Shown one piece after another: positions 12,201 to 24,911 of a stretch of 60,000 nucleotides of DNA (positions are counted from its first letter, which is position 1; each line of letters begins with the position of its first letter). Below the pieces are notes generated by a model. The model was not told the origin of the DNA. It was given only the letters and a program-made list of their open reading frames with translations, and made no database searches. The translations under genes were made by a program, and so were the position numbers. The stretch comes from Lama glama (taxonomy: Eukaryota), in assembly GCA_028534125.1 (NCBI GenBank), contig CM052818.1, positions 33,916,001 to 33,976,000 on the forward strand, given 5' to 3'.

Positions 12201-15200
12201 AAAGTTTTACCTTCTTGAAGCCATTGTTATTTTTGGTTTTTTGCCACTTACAGCTGAACCTAATACTAAGTGGATGGAAGACTATTCACTCCTGGAGAGT
12301 AATGGGAGAGCATAGTCACCTGTGACTTTGTACATTTAGGTGTATTTCCTACAGTTGGGTTCCCTGAAATTCTCTCAATCCTTATGCTATACATCAGGTG
12401 GTAAGGGCTGGGAGCAGAGGGTTGTACCTCTGCCTTCTTCACACTTCGGTCAAGGGCTGGTGCTGCTCCCTGGAGCAGCTGTCATGGCTGAGCACAGCTT
12501 TGTCATTCATCCTTGGGTCCCAGAGTCCCCTCCCTCTTCCAAGCTCAGCTCCTCCTGTCGTATTCTATCTCTGGCTGGCTTTCCTCCTAACCTCTGGGAT
12601 ACACTTTCCTTTCTGTGTTTGCTTCAGTGATGTTTCTCCCACCCAACTCCACATGCTACTTCCTTTGCTAGTCCCAGGCATGCATGTATGTATATATACA
12701 CACACGTGTGTGTTATATACACATATGTACATATATGTAATATATATGACCTTTGTTACTAGGGTTAAATTTGGCTAGTAATAAAATAGTAAAGTTTACC
12801 TTTTGGATCTTCTGGGCCCTCTAACTCATGGTACAACACTCATGTTGCTTAGAGGCCTCACTGTGCTGCTCATGTGCTCACCATTTCCCAAAATACGGTA
12901 CACATACTGATGACAAACATGAAGACTTTCAGTGGTATGAGGATGGACATTTAAACTTTTTATGTGTTAATTTTAATGTATATTAGAAAAAATAAGCAGC
13001 CTATAAAAAGTGATTTTTTCATGGATTTTGTCATGTAGAATGGTAATATTTAAGCTCTAAAAGTGAGTTCTTTTAGATGAAAATATTCAATCATAGTATA
13101 GGTGGTACATAGCTATGGCAAAAATCAGGAAGGGGAAATGAGAATGAAGTTTGGGAAGTTCGCACCAAGTCTTTCCTGACTCCCTCCCCGTATCAAAACA
13201 TGTGTGTCTTGTGTCCCAAACCTTTTGCTGGATGGCTATCATGAAAAAGTCATCTGTACCGGTGGATAAAATTGTTATCCCTTCTTGATAACGTCCCTTA
13301 ACAGAAGGCATTCAAGGCAGCATGATATAGGGAAAGTAGCACTGGTTTGAAGATCTCTTTTGGGATTTGCCATTTATGACCTTGGGAAAATAATTCTCTC
13401 AGGGCTCAGATTCCCTCAGATCTAAAAAGAGGCTTTGTACTTAGCACTCAGGCTGACGTTCTGTGCGCAATGAGCCTTAATTGATATATTTATGATAAGA
13501 ATACTGACCAATGTCTATTTGCCTGTGGGATGGGGGAAAGGGAGTTGGTGGTTTTTATGACCAACTTCTCCTCTCATACCATGCAGGCCACCATCTCCCT
13601 CTCTCTAACTTTCTGACTTCTGTGGTCCAGTATCTCACAAGTTTGTGCTTCCCCCGATCTGTCCCTGGAGCGCCCTCTTCCTGACTGATGTCAGCAGTTT
13701 CTGAAATCCCATCTCCTCTGAAATAGCTTTAGTACTTTTAGATGGTTCTAGATGGCTTAAATGTAGATTTATACATTCTACAATTTGTATTATCTGTGAG
13801 GTTTAAATTTTACATAATATACCTGTATTATTTTTGCAATCAGAATAAACAATAAAATTGTTTTTTCAGGTAGTTAACATGCTAGTCATTTAATCATAAA
13901 GATTAAATGAGTTATTACAGTTGAATTATTATGCAACTATCTTAACAGTTCTTAACATGGGGAGAGATTTATGAAAAAAACAGGACATATGTTTATAGAG
14001 ACAGTGGTATCCCCAATTTTCAATGGGTGATGGAGTTTACAGGGTTTAAGATTTTCTTCTTTTAGTCATCTACATTTCCCAAATTTCTCTGTATAGCCCA
14101 TGAATTACTTTATAAAGTGCATAAAATTAAATATTTTTGTAATAATTTCCATTGAGTGATAGAATTGTGGGTGATCTTTTCCTTTTTTTTTTTTTTGTTT
14201 TAATATAATTTCCAAACTTTGTAAAAGGACTTTGGGGTTTGAGGGGGAAAAGAAACTTTACTTTCTGAAAATGCAATGCTCAGTCCTGCCATGAATGAAA
14301 AGGGGGCGCTAGAGTGCCAGAAGCGTTAATGAGAGAAAACAGTACTTCGGAGGCCTGTAAAGAACTATGCTGGTTCAAGGGGGAAGATGAAGAAGTTACC
14401 ATTTGAAGACAGAATAGACAGCAGGAGGCCACAGGGACTACAGGAGTTTAGGTTACAGTCAGAGGAGTCATGAGGGGAAGCTAGAAAGGTGGGTTTTTAC
14501 CATGAAGGGCTTTTTTTTTTCATTTGTGGTAAAATCATGGAGGGCTTTGAATCCAAGGGTAAAGATCGAAACTTAATTTTGTAGGCAAGGTTTCTAAACT
14601 GCGAGAGAAAATTGGAGTGAATATTAATCTAACAGAAGTGACCTGGATACATGAGAGGGGAAAGACAGGCTAAAGGCACAGATCAGAAGCAAGGGCCACA
14701 GTCAGTGCAAGTCACAGGCCTGCCATCAGACAGTGGCAGCAATCCTGCAAAGACTAGGGGTGCCGGAGGTGGAATGTGCCCTATCACTTGGATGTGGGTG
14801 GGCTGTGGGGAGAGGAGGGAGCCAAAGGCAATTTTGGCATTTCAAGCCTGGATGCTTGGGAAGATGCTGGTCATGCAGGAGAACTTAACTTGGGGACCGC
14901 AGCCCCCAAAAGACCTGTGACTAGAGTTCAGAGGGTTCTGTGAATCTGGATGGGGAAGAAACTACATGTTCATTTTCACTAACATCTAGCAGAAATTGAG
15001 CGCTTTCCCCAAGTACAAAGGTAGGCAATAAACCACATAGGTTTAGTAGTACCGGTGACTTTGTCACCAACAGAAATCACAGCCATTTTCATATCACATT
15101 ACAGTTGTTGATCAAATTCTCCAAAAACAATTTACACTTATCACTACTTCTAAATTATAGTAATCAGGCCCACTGTTTCATCTCATTATTTAATGTGTTC

Positions 15201-18200
15201 ATCGAGAAACACATATATTACCCTATCAAACATGTTCTAATTATTTTGGTAATTATATTCCAGTGTTTCTCAAGCTTTTTTTCACTCCTGCACCTTTTAA
15301 GAGTGTTTTAGACACTTTTGCCCTATATGGCTAACCACCCCCAAATAAATTTTAATACCACAAATCTAAAAATGTCCAACTCACAGAAGCAGAGAGTAGA
15401 AAGGTGGTTGCCAGGGGCTGGGAGATGTTGGTTACAGGACACAAACTTTCACTTATAAAATCAATAAGTTCTGGGGACCTGATATATAGCATGATGACTA
15501 TAGTTAATAATACTATGTTGTATATATTTGGCACTTGCTAAGAGAGCTGTAGACCCCACCCCCCCAACATACACATGAGAAACTATGTGAGGTGATGGAT
15601 GTGATAACCAGCTTGATGTGTGGTAATCATTTTACAGTGTACTCATACATCAAATCATCATACTGTATAACTTAAATATATATTATTGTCAATTATACCT
15701 CAATAAAGCTGGGAGACATTTTTTACATGAACACGAAACATAAGTAAAAGTTAAAAAGTAAAATCACAATAAAAATTTTAAATACCACTGATATACTCGA
15801 GGTAGTATCAGCCCCACTGAGAACGCATAAAAACGCACACTGTGTTCTAATGCAGTCAGCTTTCTTTATAGTCATATGTATTATGTTTTATGCATTTAAA
15901 AACACTGTTCTTAAAAAAGACCACACACACATTGTCCCTAGCAAGGATCCATAGGCTTTACAAACTGACAAGGAGGTCTATGGCACAAAAAGAGATTACT
16001 TCCTGCCCTGATGGTGAATCCCTACATGGTCTCATCACAAACAGGGATTTTATACTCTCTGGTGCAGACGGCAACTTCCTTAATACATCTCCATAGCTGA
16101 GAGTCCCGACCTTGGGCTGAAGATCTCTTAGCTGACAATATCCGGTTAGCAAAACCTATCTTCTGCTACTGTTTATCTTTCTATTTCAAGACTAAGCAGT
16201 AACTGATTGGCTCTATTGTACACATAAGTGTCTGTGTTCTTTCCTTAAATCTTGCAGTTACACAAGGGAGCCAGCCCCATAAAGTAAAATTTCATGGGTC
16301 AGTAATGTGATGTGTGGAGAAAATCCCATCACTCAAAAAACAGAACACCTAGACTTATGTCCCTGCTCTGTCCCTCTGGGTGACTGTAAACTGTTTCCTG
16401 TGTTCTCCCCTGCAAAATGGAAATGACATCGATTCTAACTCAAATGGAATCATGCACGAGGAGGTACTCTGTAAATTATAAAGCACTGTGCAGGGGGTTA
16501 TTAACAACCCTAATCTAGACCTTACAAATACATGACCACACAGAGCCGCAGGACATAAATAACTGTTCTTTCTTAACTGTGAAGGATAAAATGGAATGGA
16601 ATAAACACATGGAATTTAATTCTAGGCCACGTTCAGGACTTTTCTTTGGCACACATGCCATGAGCTGTCTCTCTTAAGGCTACATGGTGCTATTTCCTTC
16701 ATAATGGTCCATAGCATCCAGTAGAAATGTTCCATCTAGAAAGATGCTCTGTGAATGCAGTTCCTCTATCAAATCTGTACTTATCTCAGAATGTTTTCCC
16801 TCTTTCCTGGCTACCCACAGTGATGCAGATTTGCGATACTGGCCCAGGATGCAAGGGCAAGTTTCTGGAGGCTATCTCCCCACAACTGATGGCCTGGCCA
16901 AGGATGAATAGTGGCCATGCAGGTCCTCTGAACCAGATCCTCAGCATATACTGGGGAAACTGTGTGATGGAAGACCAGACATTTGGAGAAAAGTATAAAA
17001 GCCTTAGAAGAATCTAGGTGCAGCAAAAGCTGAGCTGTGGGTGGGAGAGGGACTTTGGGCAGAGGGCTAGCTCTGCCTGACAGGCCAGGCACTGAGCGTG
17101 ACACAGGGGTTTGTGCAAGGAGGCTGGCTGAGAGGACTGGTGAGCAGAAGCATGAGCTAAGGTTGGACTAGATACAGAATGCAAAGCCCTTCAACAAAGG
17201 CAATCCATAATGATATTTCTCGAATTTATGAAATCAGATTGTTAGAATTACAAGGACGTTAAAGAGCACTTTAAAACATCCTTTTCACCGGTATGTGTGT
17301 CAACAACAGGCTTGAAGAGGTGAAAACTGCCCGATTTAGATCATATGGCAAATTAAAGAAGAAACAGGTGGGACTAGAGCCCAGGAAGGCCGAGCCTCCG
17401 TCTACGATCTTGTTTCCCACTAAACCCAGCTTTTTCCCTAAAGTAAGGAAGATCTCTAACCCTGCTACAAGGTTAACACAAGTCACAAAATTTTAACAAC
17501 CCAATTTCTCCTAGAGGAGACCTGCTCAAGGCTGGGTTGGGAAGGGGACGTCCCGGTGCCTTTGGAAGCAGGCGGAAGCGGCCGGGGAGGCGGGCTGTGT
17601 AGGGTTTCACTGGCTGGCCTGTACGTGACGACAGCAGATCCTACCAGTTAGCCCAGAAAGAACTGGAATTTGGGATGAAGTGAAAAGGGCCATCTCTTTC
17701 CCAGACTGCCCTTTATTAGAGGAGGAGGCCCCTTTCTTGCTACTTCCATCTCTGCACACCTCTCCCTCAATGGACACCCTCCAGAAGAGCTGTTTCTGAG
17801 CAACATCCTTACAAGGCCTTCTGCTTGCCTGTTCGGTTACAACAGGTTGCAGCTCAAAACAAGTGCCCACAGGGAAGCGGGGGCAGGTTTAAAAATAAAC
17901 TGAAGGCTGTTTTAAAGGAGTTTAGGAGTGAACAGAGTTTACAGATTCGGAAACACATGGGAAGATGTTTGTGTCAAATTCCCACACCGACAGCTTTCCT
18001 CTAGTCAAAATGCCTGGTAGCTGAGTGGGTGCAAGTGTGCGAAAGAGAGAGAGAAATGAGAGGGGGTTAACGTGGTGTTTTGGTGTTTTGTTCTGTTTAA
18101 ATTCAGAGGGAGAGAGAGCGCAGTGTATTACAGCTCTAAAGAGAGCTAGTTAAATTGTGATGGCAACTATGTAAAAATATATGTGGCGACAAGGGCTTGA

Positions 18201-20972
18201 AAATAGTCTGCAAACATGAAAATAATTGTGTTGGGGGAGGTCGGAGTATGGATGATTTCCTACCAAACCCCCAGTGCTGTTCAACATTTTCAATGAAATA
18301 TTTTAACTTTTCACAATTTGCTTCCTGGCTCCCTAGTTAACCTGATGTCTTAAAACCACAATTCCCTCAAATTCTTGTTTGTTGTTCCTCATAGCGGGTT
18401 TCAGGACAGCAAGACACTGGACACCATCCAAATGTTTCACAGGACTGATTAAATAGACTGTGGCCCAGTCATAATAATGGGACACTATGTAGCCATTAAA
18501 AAGGAAGATTCGGGTCTGAATGTGTGGGTATGGAACAACAGCACAGAGAGTGAACAAAGGCAGGTATAGGGTGAGTCTAGTTTAAATATGTGTATGTGAG
18601 TGTGTGTTATACTGGTATCACTTTTCTAAGTCCTGTGAACTTTCTAGGCAATGTTCTAAGGGTGTTCTTCCTAAGTAGTTTTAAGATAGAGAAACCGCAA
18701 GTCCTATTCTTGTCCCCATACTTAGAAAACAGACAATCTGATTATGCCTAGAGTTGTCAAAATGTGGAGGCAATGTGTGAAAAAACTAAATCTGCTCATC
18801 TTTCAGAGGGAGATCTACTGAGATGTATATATACATAAGTGCAGCTGAAGAACTGGGTCAGCCTCCCACCAGGCCGTCCCAAATAAAGCAGCAAGGAAAT
18901 GAGCTGTTCACTCCTCTCTCTTTGGAAGGTCCAGGGGTACCATGCACTTTAAAAGATACACATCAGTACAGATCCACAGAACCGTCTCCAAGCCCTGGGA
19001 ATCGTATTATCTCCCCAATATTCTGCACAGGGTTTGACCCAAACAATTCCCAGGTCTCTCTGGGCCCAGGTCAGTATTCTAGAGCTTCAAGGAACCAAAG
19101 CAATGTGCCTGGATACAGAAGACTGACTTGAACAAGGGAGGTCACTTAAACATCCTCCAGTCTCCATATATAGGACCCGTCCCTGGGTCCCTCTGCCCAG
19201 TGATACTGTGTGTTGTGCACTTTAATATTCTGACTGTCCCTTTTTAAAAAATAGAACGTGATACCTTCACTTTCAAGACTTCTCTTTCTTTTCACATACT
19301 TCCAGCTCTAATGAAAGGATGTTTCACTACAAATTCATAAGAAGGGATGGCAAAATCTTTTTGTCATTCCCTCCTAGGCATCTCAGCCTGAAAGAAAAAG
19401 TTCAGGGTTATTCAGACCAAGGGAAACACCAAGATGGTGGGCAAGGTGTAACTTCTTATACATGACCTGATGCCCAGGATGAGCAGACATGGCCATCAGT
19501 CCAGACCCCCAGAGAGGAAAAATCACTGGCTCTGAGGGTCTCTGGAGCCAAATAATGGCAGGTTTGGACATTCTGAGGAAAAGGAGATGGGAATGGGCCT
19601 CGATGGGAAGATGGCAGGAGAGACCATGGGGCTCAGCGCTCAGTGAAGACGGGAGACAGCAGACAGAGGGTGGGATGTGGGGCACAGCTGTGGGATGGCC
19701 TGAATTAGCCAGCCCAGTATTTTCCCCCAAATGTGCTGTCTCCAAAGAACTTAAAAGGGAAGCATTTTCTTAGTTTAAAAATTACTGGATTCAACACATC
19801 TCATAATTTCTGATATAGATAAAGAGTATGTGTTCATGATGTTCCTTATCGCTGCCATGCCTACCAAGGCAGCCAGCTCTGTTCTATTCTAAGTTTTTAC
19901 TTCATTTGGAAGGACTTTGTGTGTGCGTGTGTGCGTGCGCACATGCATGTGTGCTGTTACCCCTCACTTGACCTGATCTTTTTTATAGATTACTAGAACC
20001 TACACCAATGGCATAGGGCAAGAAAGAAAGCCCATTTACAGAAACCCTTCTGGTATGTGCTGCTTTCATTTTTGAAACCAGTAGCTAAAATGATATCTGT
20101 GAATTCGATGAGCTATGCTTTGTTTGCCCCACAACCACACAAAACCCAAAACTGGTTACATTTCTGGGAGGCAAAATTTCTTCTCTGCCTTCTCCCTGAT
20201 TAAGTGACCTCAGTCCCCTTAACCAGCAAGCTTCCTTTACTGAACAATCTGGAGTGGGGTGCAAGTGTGAACTTCAGTTGGGGGAGAATTCCCAGTCTCC
20301 TGCCCACTGTCCTAACTCTGCCCCCTAAAGATGGATGCATTCCAGCCTTGCTTTAAATACGAATAGTTTCACTGTCATTATGGACCTTTCTCAACAGAGT
20401 TTATTTTTTAATGTTTCATTATCTCATTGCTATTTTCCCCAGACTTTCCATATCATTCTCGAAATCTTAAAACTCCAAACTGGAATGCAGGGTCTAGCAC
20501 GGCCTGTCACACAGCCTGGGGTATGATTACTTCCCTCCCAGTGTCTATGGGGGTCTTCTGTCCTCTGTAGATGCCAGCATTCTGGCTGCTGTCCATGCAC
20601 AGGCTGTACTCGCCAGCCTGCAGAGCAGCTGCTGACTCATGCTTACTTTGGAATCTGCTAGGACCCCCAGCTCGTCTGCCCTTCAGACAGGACAGCCACC
20701 ACCCACGTCGTAGAGCGCTCCACCCATCACCTGCTGGGGGCTCAGCGCCGACCTGACGAGAAGCCTCCCACAAGTCTGCACTACATCCCCTGGCCCCGGC
20801 CTACCTGGAAGACGTCATTGGCACACTTGCGGCACAGGTTGTGCTGGCAGGGTAGGATCACCACCGGTTTGGAGAACATCTCCAGGCAGATGGGGCAGAT
20901 GAGCTGCTTCTCCAGGCTGTCCATGCTGTGTGCATCCCCTAGCAGCGGCTTGAAACCCACTGTGAAGTTCAT
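6254..20972 (-). CDS. TRIM54: Tripartite motif-containing protein 54 (MuRF3), 366 aa; exons 20805-20972, 10499-10671, 9796-9967, 8234-8329, 7321-7554, 7041-7063, 6802-6926, 6576-6668, 6254-6270
   Basis: [55 protein letters not shown]-box ([26 protein letters not shown]), coiled coil, COS box and acidic tail. Exon lengths sum to 1101 nt with canonical splice sites. Confidence 0.96.
7750..7930 (-). mobile_element. L1 3' end fragment (old L1MA/MB-like)
   Basis: TTGTTGAGGTTTAATTGACATATAAC..GTGTACAACATAATGATT..CATCCATCACCACACATAGT resembles the reverse complement of an L1 3' terminus. Confidence 0.7.
8620..9480 (-). mobile_element. Degraded old L1 (L1M-type) fragment
   Basis: T-rich tract with L1-like motifs (ATTAGATATATGTTAGACCTTCTC, TTCATTTCTAAAAGTTCTATTTGGTTCTTT). 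Confidence 0.6.
9560..9720 (-). mobile_element. MIR SINE
   Basis: MIR core ATCCCCATTTTACAAGTGAGGAAAGTGAGGGCCAGAGAGGTCAAATGACTCACCCAAGG. Confidence 0.85.
11450..12272 (+). mobile_element. Old MaLR (MLT1-type) LTR sequence, possibly two adjacent LTRs
   Basis: Motifs GCAGCCATCTTGAACCATGAG and a terminal TGTGAGAAAAAACAAAG..AAGCCATTGTTATTTTGG..ACAGCTGAACCTAATACTAA. Confidence 0.7.
14877..16004 (+). mobile_element. Charlie4a-like hAT DNA transposon remnant, interrupted by later insertions
   Basis: The 5' part GTACCGGTGACTTTGTCACCAACAGAAATCACAG..ATATCACATTACAGTTGTTG and the 3' part TTTTATGCATTTAAA..TCCATAGGCTTTACAAACTGACAAGGAGGTCTATGGCACAAAA resemble the Charlie4a consensus as I recall it. Confidence 0.7.
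15350..15715 (+). mobile_element. L1 (L1MA/MB-like) 3' UTR fragment
   Basis: AGAAGCAGAGAGTAGAAAGGTGGTTGCCAGGGGCTG..GTGAGGTGATGGATGTG..TCAATTATACCTCAATAAAGCTGG. Confidence 0.85.
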
Positions 20973-21339
20973 CCCCTCAGCGATTGTGCCTACCCTGGCC
21001 TTGGCCCTGGTCCTGGCCTTCTCTCACTGCCCCTGGACCCTTCCTCGTTTACTTCGGACAGTCTGAGGGTTCTTGTGTTCGCTTCTGTTGCTCACTCCTG
21101 AAATAGCTCTGCTATTTCTCCTGTCCCTTCCTCTAACAGTTCGCCTCGTCCTTAGATGGCTGTTTTCAGACACTTCTCTGTCTCTCGTTACTCTTTGTCC
21201 TGCACCCTGGCCAGGCACATGGAGCTTCTCCTATCCTTCCCTCCCTGAATAGCTCGGTCCCTGGAAGTTTCTCCTTCTGTTTCCCAAACGTCTCTTGGTC
21301 ACTCTCTGGGCAGCACTGTTTGTCTCGCACTCCCCAGAG

Positions 21340-21465
21340 AGGAGATTAATTTTAACGTGGGGGTGGGGAACAAGGGGCATCTGTGGGACATTCCAATTCC
21401 CAATTTAGCTCATGTAAGGCGAGCCACAGTTGTCACTGAGTGAGTGACCCTGACTCACTCAGGAA
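21340..21465 (-). promoter_or_regulatory. TRIM54: Putative TRIM54 muscle-type proximal promoter
   Basis: MEF2-consensus TTAATTTTAA 21346-21355, E-boxes CATCTG 21378-21383 and CAGTTG 21427-21432, MCAT/TEAD CATTCCA 21389-21395 and AP-1 TGACTCA 21451-21457, about 370-490 nt upstream of the ATG. Confidence 0.6.
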
Positions 21466-22245
21466 CGGGTGACTCCCTTGAGCAAGAGCAGGGGTGAGCT
21501 TCACTGCTTGTGGTGGAAGTCAGAACAGCAAAGGTGCTCTCACTCAGAGGGCTCCTGTGGGCCTGGGCCCTTTGTCCAGGGTGGTGACACACAATCTGAA
21601 TCAGCCTGAATGGGGTGGAGGAAGGATCTTGCCAGAACTACAGTCAGTGAGAGTTTCTGACTCTGAGGCTTAGCCAGTAATCTTGGCCCTCTTCTTCTGA
21701 ACCCTATGATTCAGAACAAGGGCACCAGAGATGACAGAGAGAGGCTCTGGTCCAACACTTCCAGTCCATATTTGTTCTTGCTCAGACCTTCCTTCTGTCC
21801 TCCTAGGAAATGAAGCCCAGGAGGCTACAGCCGGCAGGTGTGCCAGGGCCTGGAAGGACCCCATGAGCATGCCCCTGAGGAAGTGTGGGACTCTGGTCCA
21901 TGAACACGTCACTGGAGCCACTCCAAGGACATGAAATTTGTTAGGAAATCAAGAGAAGCTGAGCTGGGCAGAAAGGACCTGAATGCTAAGGGACCTATTT
22001 TGGGCACCAGGGGAATCGGGTCTCCAGGGAAATTTTAGAGCAGTGACAAAGTCATAATCACAAGGCTCTGGGAAGCCTCTGCCCCAGCTCCACAGTTGTC
22101 CTGGACTCCCGCTCTCCAAGGCAGCCTGGTCTCAGATGCGAGCACCAGTCCTCTCTCTTTTTCTCCTACAGGACTTCTTCTCTACCCCAGCACAATTTGT
22201 TTTGGGGGGCACCCAACATATGCACTGGGACTGGACAAAAGTTCT

Positions 22246-22251
22246 TTTATT
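22246..22251 (-). terminator. DNAJC5G: Probable DNAJC5G polyadenylation signal
   Basis: AATAAA on the - strand downstream of a probable 3' UTR exon (acceptor CTTAG| at 23214-23215). Confidence 0.55.
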
Positions 22252-23434
22252 TACTGGCATCGCTTAGCCCTTCTCCAAGTCAGGAGAGGTAAGTTGAGGA
22301 GGTACTAGGCTCTGACCCTGCGTAGACGGGAAACAGTGTGATGAGGATACCAAACAGACAGTGTGAAGAGGCACACGTGGAGAAAGGGTCTATAAAAGCT
22401 CAGTCTTTACCCTATCACATGTTGCATGCCCCTGCTTTACGAACAAAACATACAGTGATCAGCCTGCGTAAAAAGGATGGAGGTGGGCAGGCTCTGATGT
22501 GTGGACTTCGGTCAACCCGCAGGCCCCATGCTAATGGGTGCTGTGCTGGTAGCTGCAGTCTGGGAAGAATCCAAAGGTGGGATAAGTACCCCAAAGCCTC
22601 AGATGCATTGATACTTTTCCTGAGTTGTCTCATGGTGGCATGGAATGAGGCTGGCAATGTGCACGGGCACCAGGAGAAGCTGAGACCAGCCCCAGAAAGG
22701 TGTGCGTGCTTAGGAATGGGGCTGACACTAAGAGTTCTTGGTACACAGAGTGGCAACAGAGGAGGGTTAGCTGGTACAGCACATCTGGGATAGGATCTAC
22801 CATGCTTGGTTATCAGGATCTTGATGGAGATACTGTAAGGGGCCGGCCCTACCAGGTGACAGTGGCTCAAATCCCAAAGAAGGCACAGGAAAAATAATGC
22901 TCAGGAAATGACTGTCACTACTGCCTAAAACCTCACAAGGGTAGGGATAGGAGGGCTGTTCTCTAACAGATTAAAGTTGGGACTGGAGCTAAAAAGAAGA
23001 GTAGCTGGGTGACCCTGTGTGGCCAAGGTCAATGATACCATCAAGAACAAAGATGTCATCCTCACTGGGATGGATGCCATCAATGTTTCTGAAGATGGGA
23101 TTCTTACAAGAAGAGGAGAAAATCAGGGTCAACGTCAGGTCAGGGCTACGTGCTCCTCTCTTCAGCGGCTCCAGTGGACTGGGCAGCAGAAGACGCCCTC
23201 ACTAGGTCAGCACCTAAGAGTAAAAGAAGTTGGCATCTTATTAAACCAGAATAAATGATCACCCAGAATTTAAAGCAAATCCCCTATAGGTAAAAATATA
23301 AACACCTGAAACCCATACTAAAAGGATATAAACTTTTCCACTAATGCCTCACCTGAAATTAGTGTCTATTCTTATCTTACCGTTTAGTTATTGCAGTATT
23401 TCAGTTTTCTTACCTCACTCTTCTTCATCTTTTT

Positions 23435-24911
23435 TTAATCTTCACTAGAAGTATCTTCCCCTCTTCTAAATCTGTGTCCTATGATGGAATTGAAAAACAT
23501 ATATAAACAATTTAAGTAAGAATGTTTTAGCCTGCGGGTGAGAAAACAGTTACTTGAAGTTATGCATTCATGTCAGTAGGTAGCATTGGTGTGAACTTCA
23601 GTCAACCGACACTTTAGGGGATAATCTCAGACATTATCTTTCTCTTGAGTAAATGCAATGAATTTGTCTTCAACTACTGCCTTTTCGAGGCATAGTCTCC
23701 CACCCCATTCCTTACCTTAACACCCACTCCATTCAACCAGCTTAACAGTCAGGAGAAGCCAACGCTACACTCAAGCTGCCAGTTTGTGGCATAAGTCCCT
23801 CAGAAACCAAGGGTATCCCCTTCTCCCTCCTCACTTTGCCCCAATACTGACTTGAGACTCCCATATTTGGGAAGTCACAGTTTCACCCCCAACCATTTCT
23901 TCCATCCCTAATCCAGCTCTTACCCCCGTCCCTTTTTATGGTTCTCACCTGAACTTGGAGGTTGATACTGGACGTTCGGCTCATATTTTTTCTTAGCTGC
24001 TTCCTCGGGTGGTGGCTTAAGTGCTCCACAGCAAAAGCAGCAGCAGCAGCAGCAGCAGCAACAGGTGAGCAGAGCACACAGGATGACAAGCGTCTAAAAG
24101 GTAGGAAAGAACGGCTTCTGGCCAGCAGTTCCGTATTTCCATTCAAACTCTCATCCCGCAATCTTCCAGCCCCTGGTATATGAGACCACAGAAGCATTTA
24201 TCCTAGGAGAGGAGGATTAGCTGTCCCAGGAGAGTAGGCTCACCCCTCCTTCCCTATTCTTAAGAGACTAGGAGGAATTGTGTACCTTGAACCAACAACT
24301 ATTCATCGTAAAATAGTACGTGACGCCTTCTTCGCCAAAGTGGTCATAGATATATATTCCCAATGAGCCATGCCGATCGTAAATTTTCCGCTTCTTAGGG
24401 TCACTCAGTACGGAGTGGGCTGTGTTGATCTCTTTGAATATTTCTGCTGCTTGAGGGTCCCCTGGATTCTTGTCTGGATGATACTTCAAAGCCAGTCTCC
24501 TACCCAAGCAAAAGGAGAATGAGGAGAGCATGGGGGGAATGGCTGGGGAGGGAGGGTTAGGATGAATGACAGGGATAGGTCTCTAGATAGTGAAAAAAGA
24601 ATGCATGAGATATGGTACCAAGGATGGAGGCAAGCAGCCCAAGCCTCAATTCCTTCCCATGTCACACTGAAGAGGATGCTGACCCCATCTGGCCCCAAAG
24701 TGAAGGCCTGGGGATTTAAAAATGGGTCAGAAAGCAAGAGAAAGGAAAAGGGCTTAAGGGGGAGAATTCCAGGGTTTAATAAAGGGCTGGGTCTGAACCT
24801 GTAGGCCTTTTTGACGTCTTCAGGTGAGGCGCCCTTCTTAAGCTCCAGCACTGCGTAGAGAGTTGACCCAGATTTGGACAATCGGCGGGCTGCTTCGTCC
24901 ACATGAGTCAT
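23435..24911 (-). CDS. DNAJC5G: DnaJ homolog subfamily C member 5G (cysteine string protein gamma), 171 aa; exons 24799-24911, 24286-24499, 23949-24093, 23435-23478
   Basis: J-domain with HPD ([13 protein letters not shown]), cysteine string [15 protein letters not shown]-terminus [14 protein letters not shown]. Exon lengths sum to 516 nt with canonical splice sites. Confidence 0.93.
24037..24060. repeat. (GCA)8 / (TGC)8 trinucleotide repeat in DNAJC5G coding exon
   Basis: Eight uninterrupted GCA units on +, read as TGC Cys codons on -. Confidence 0.95.
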
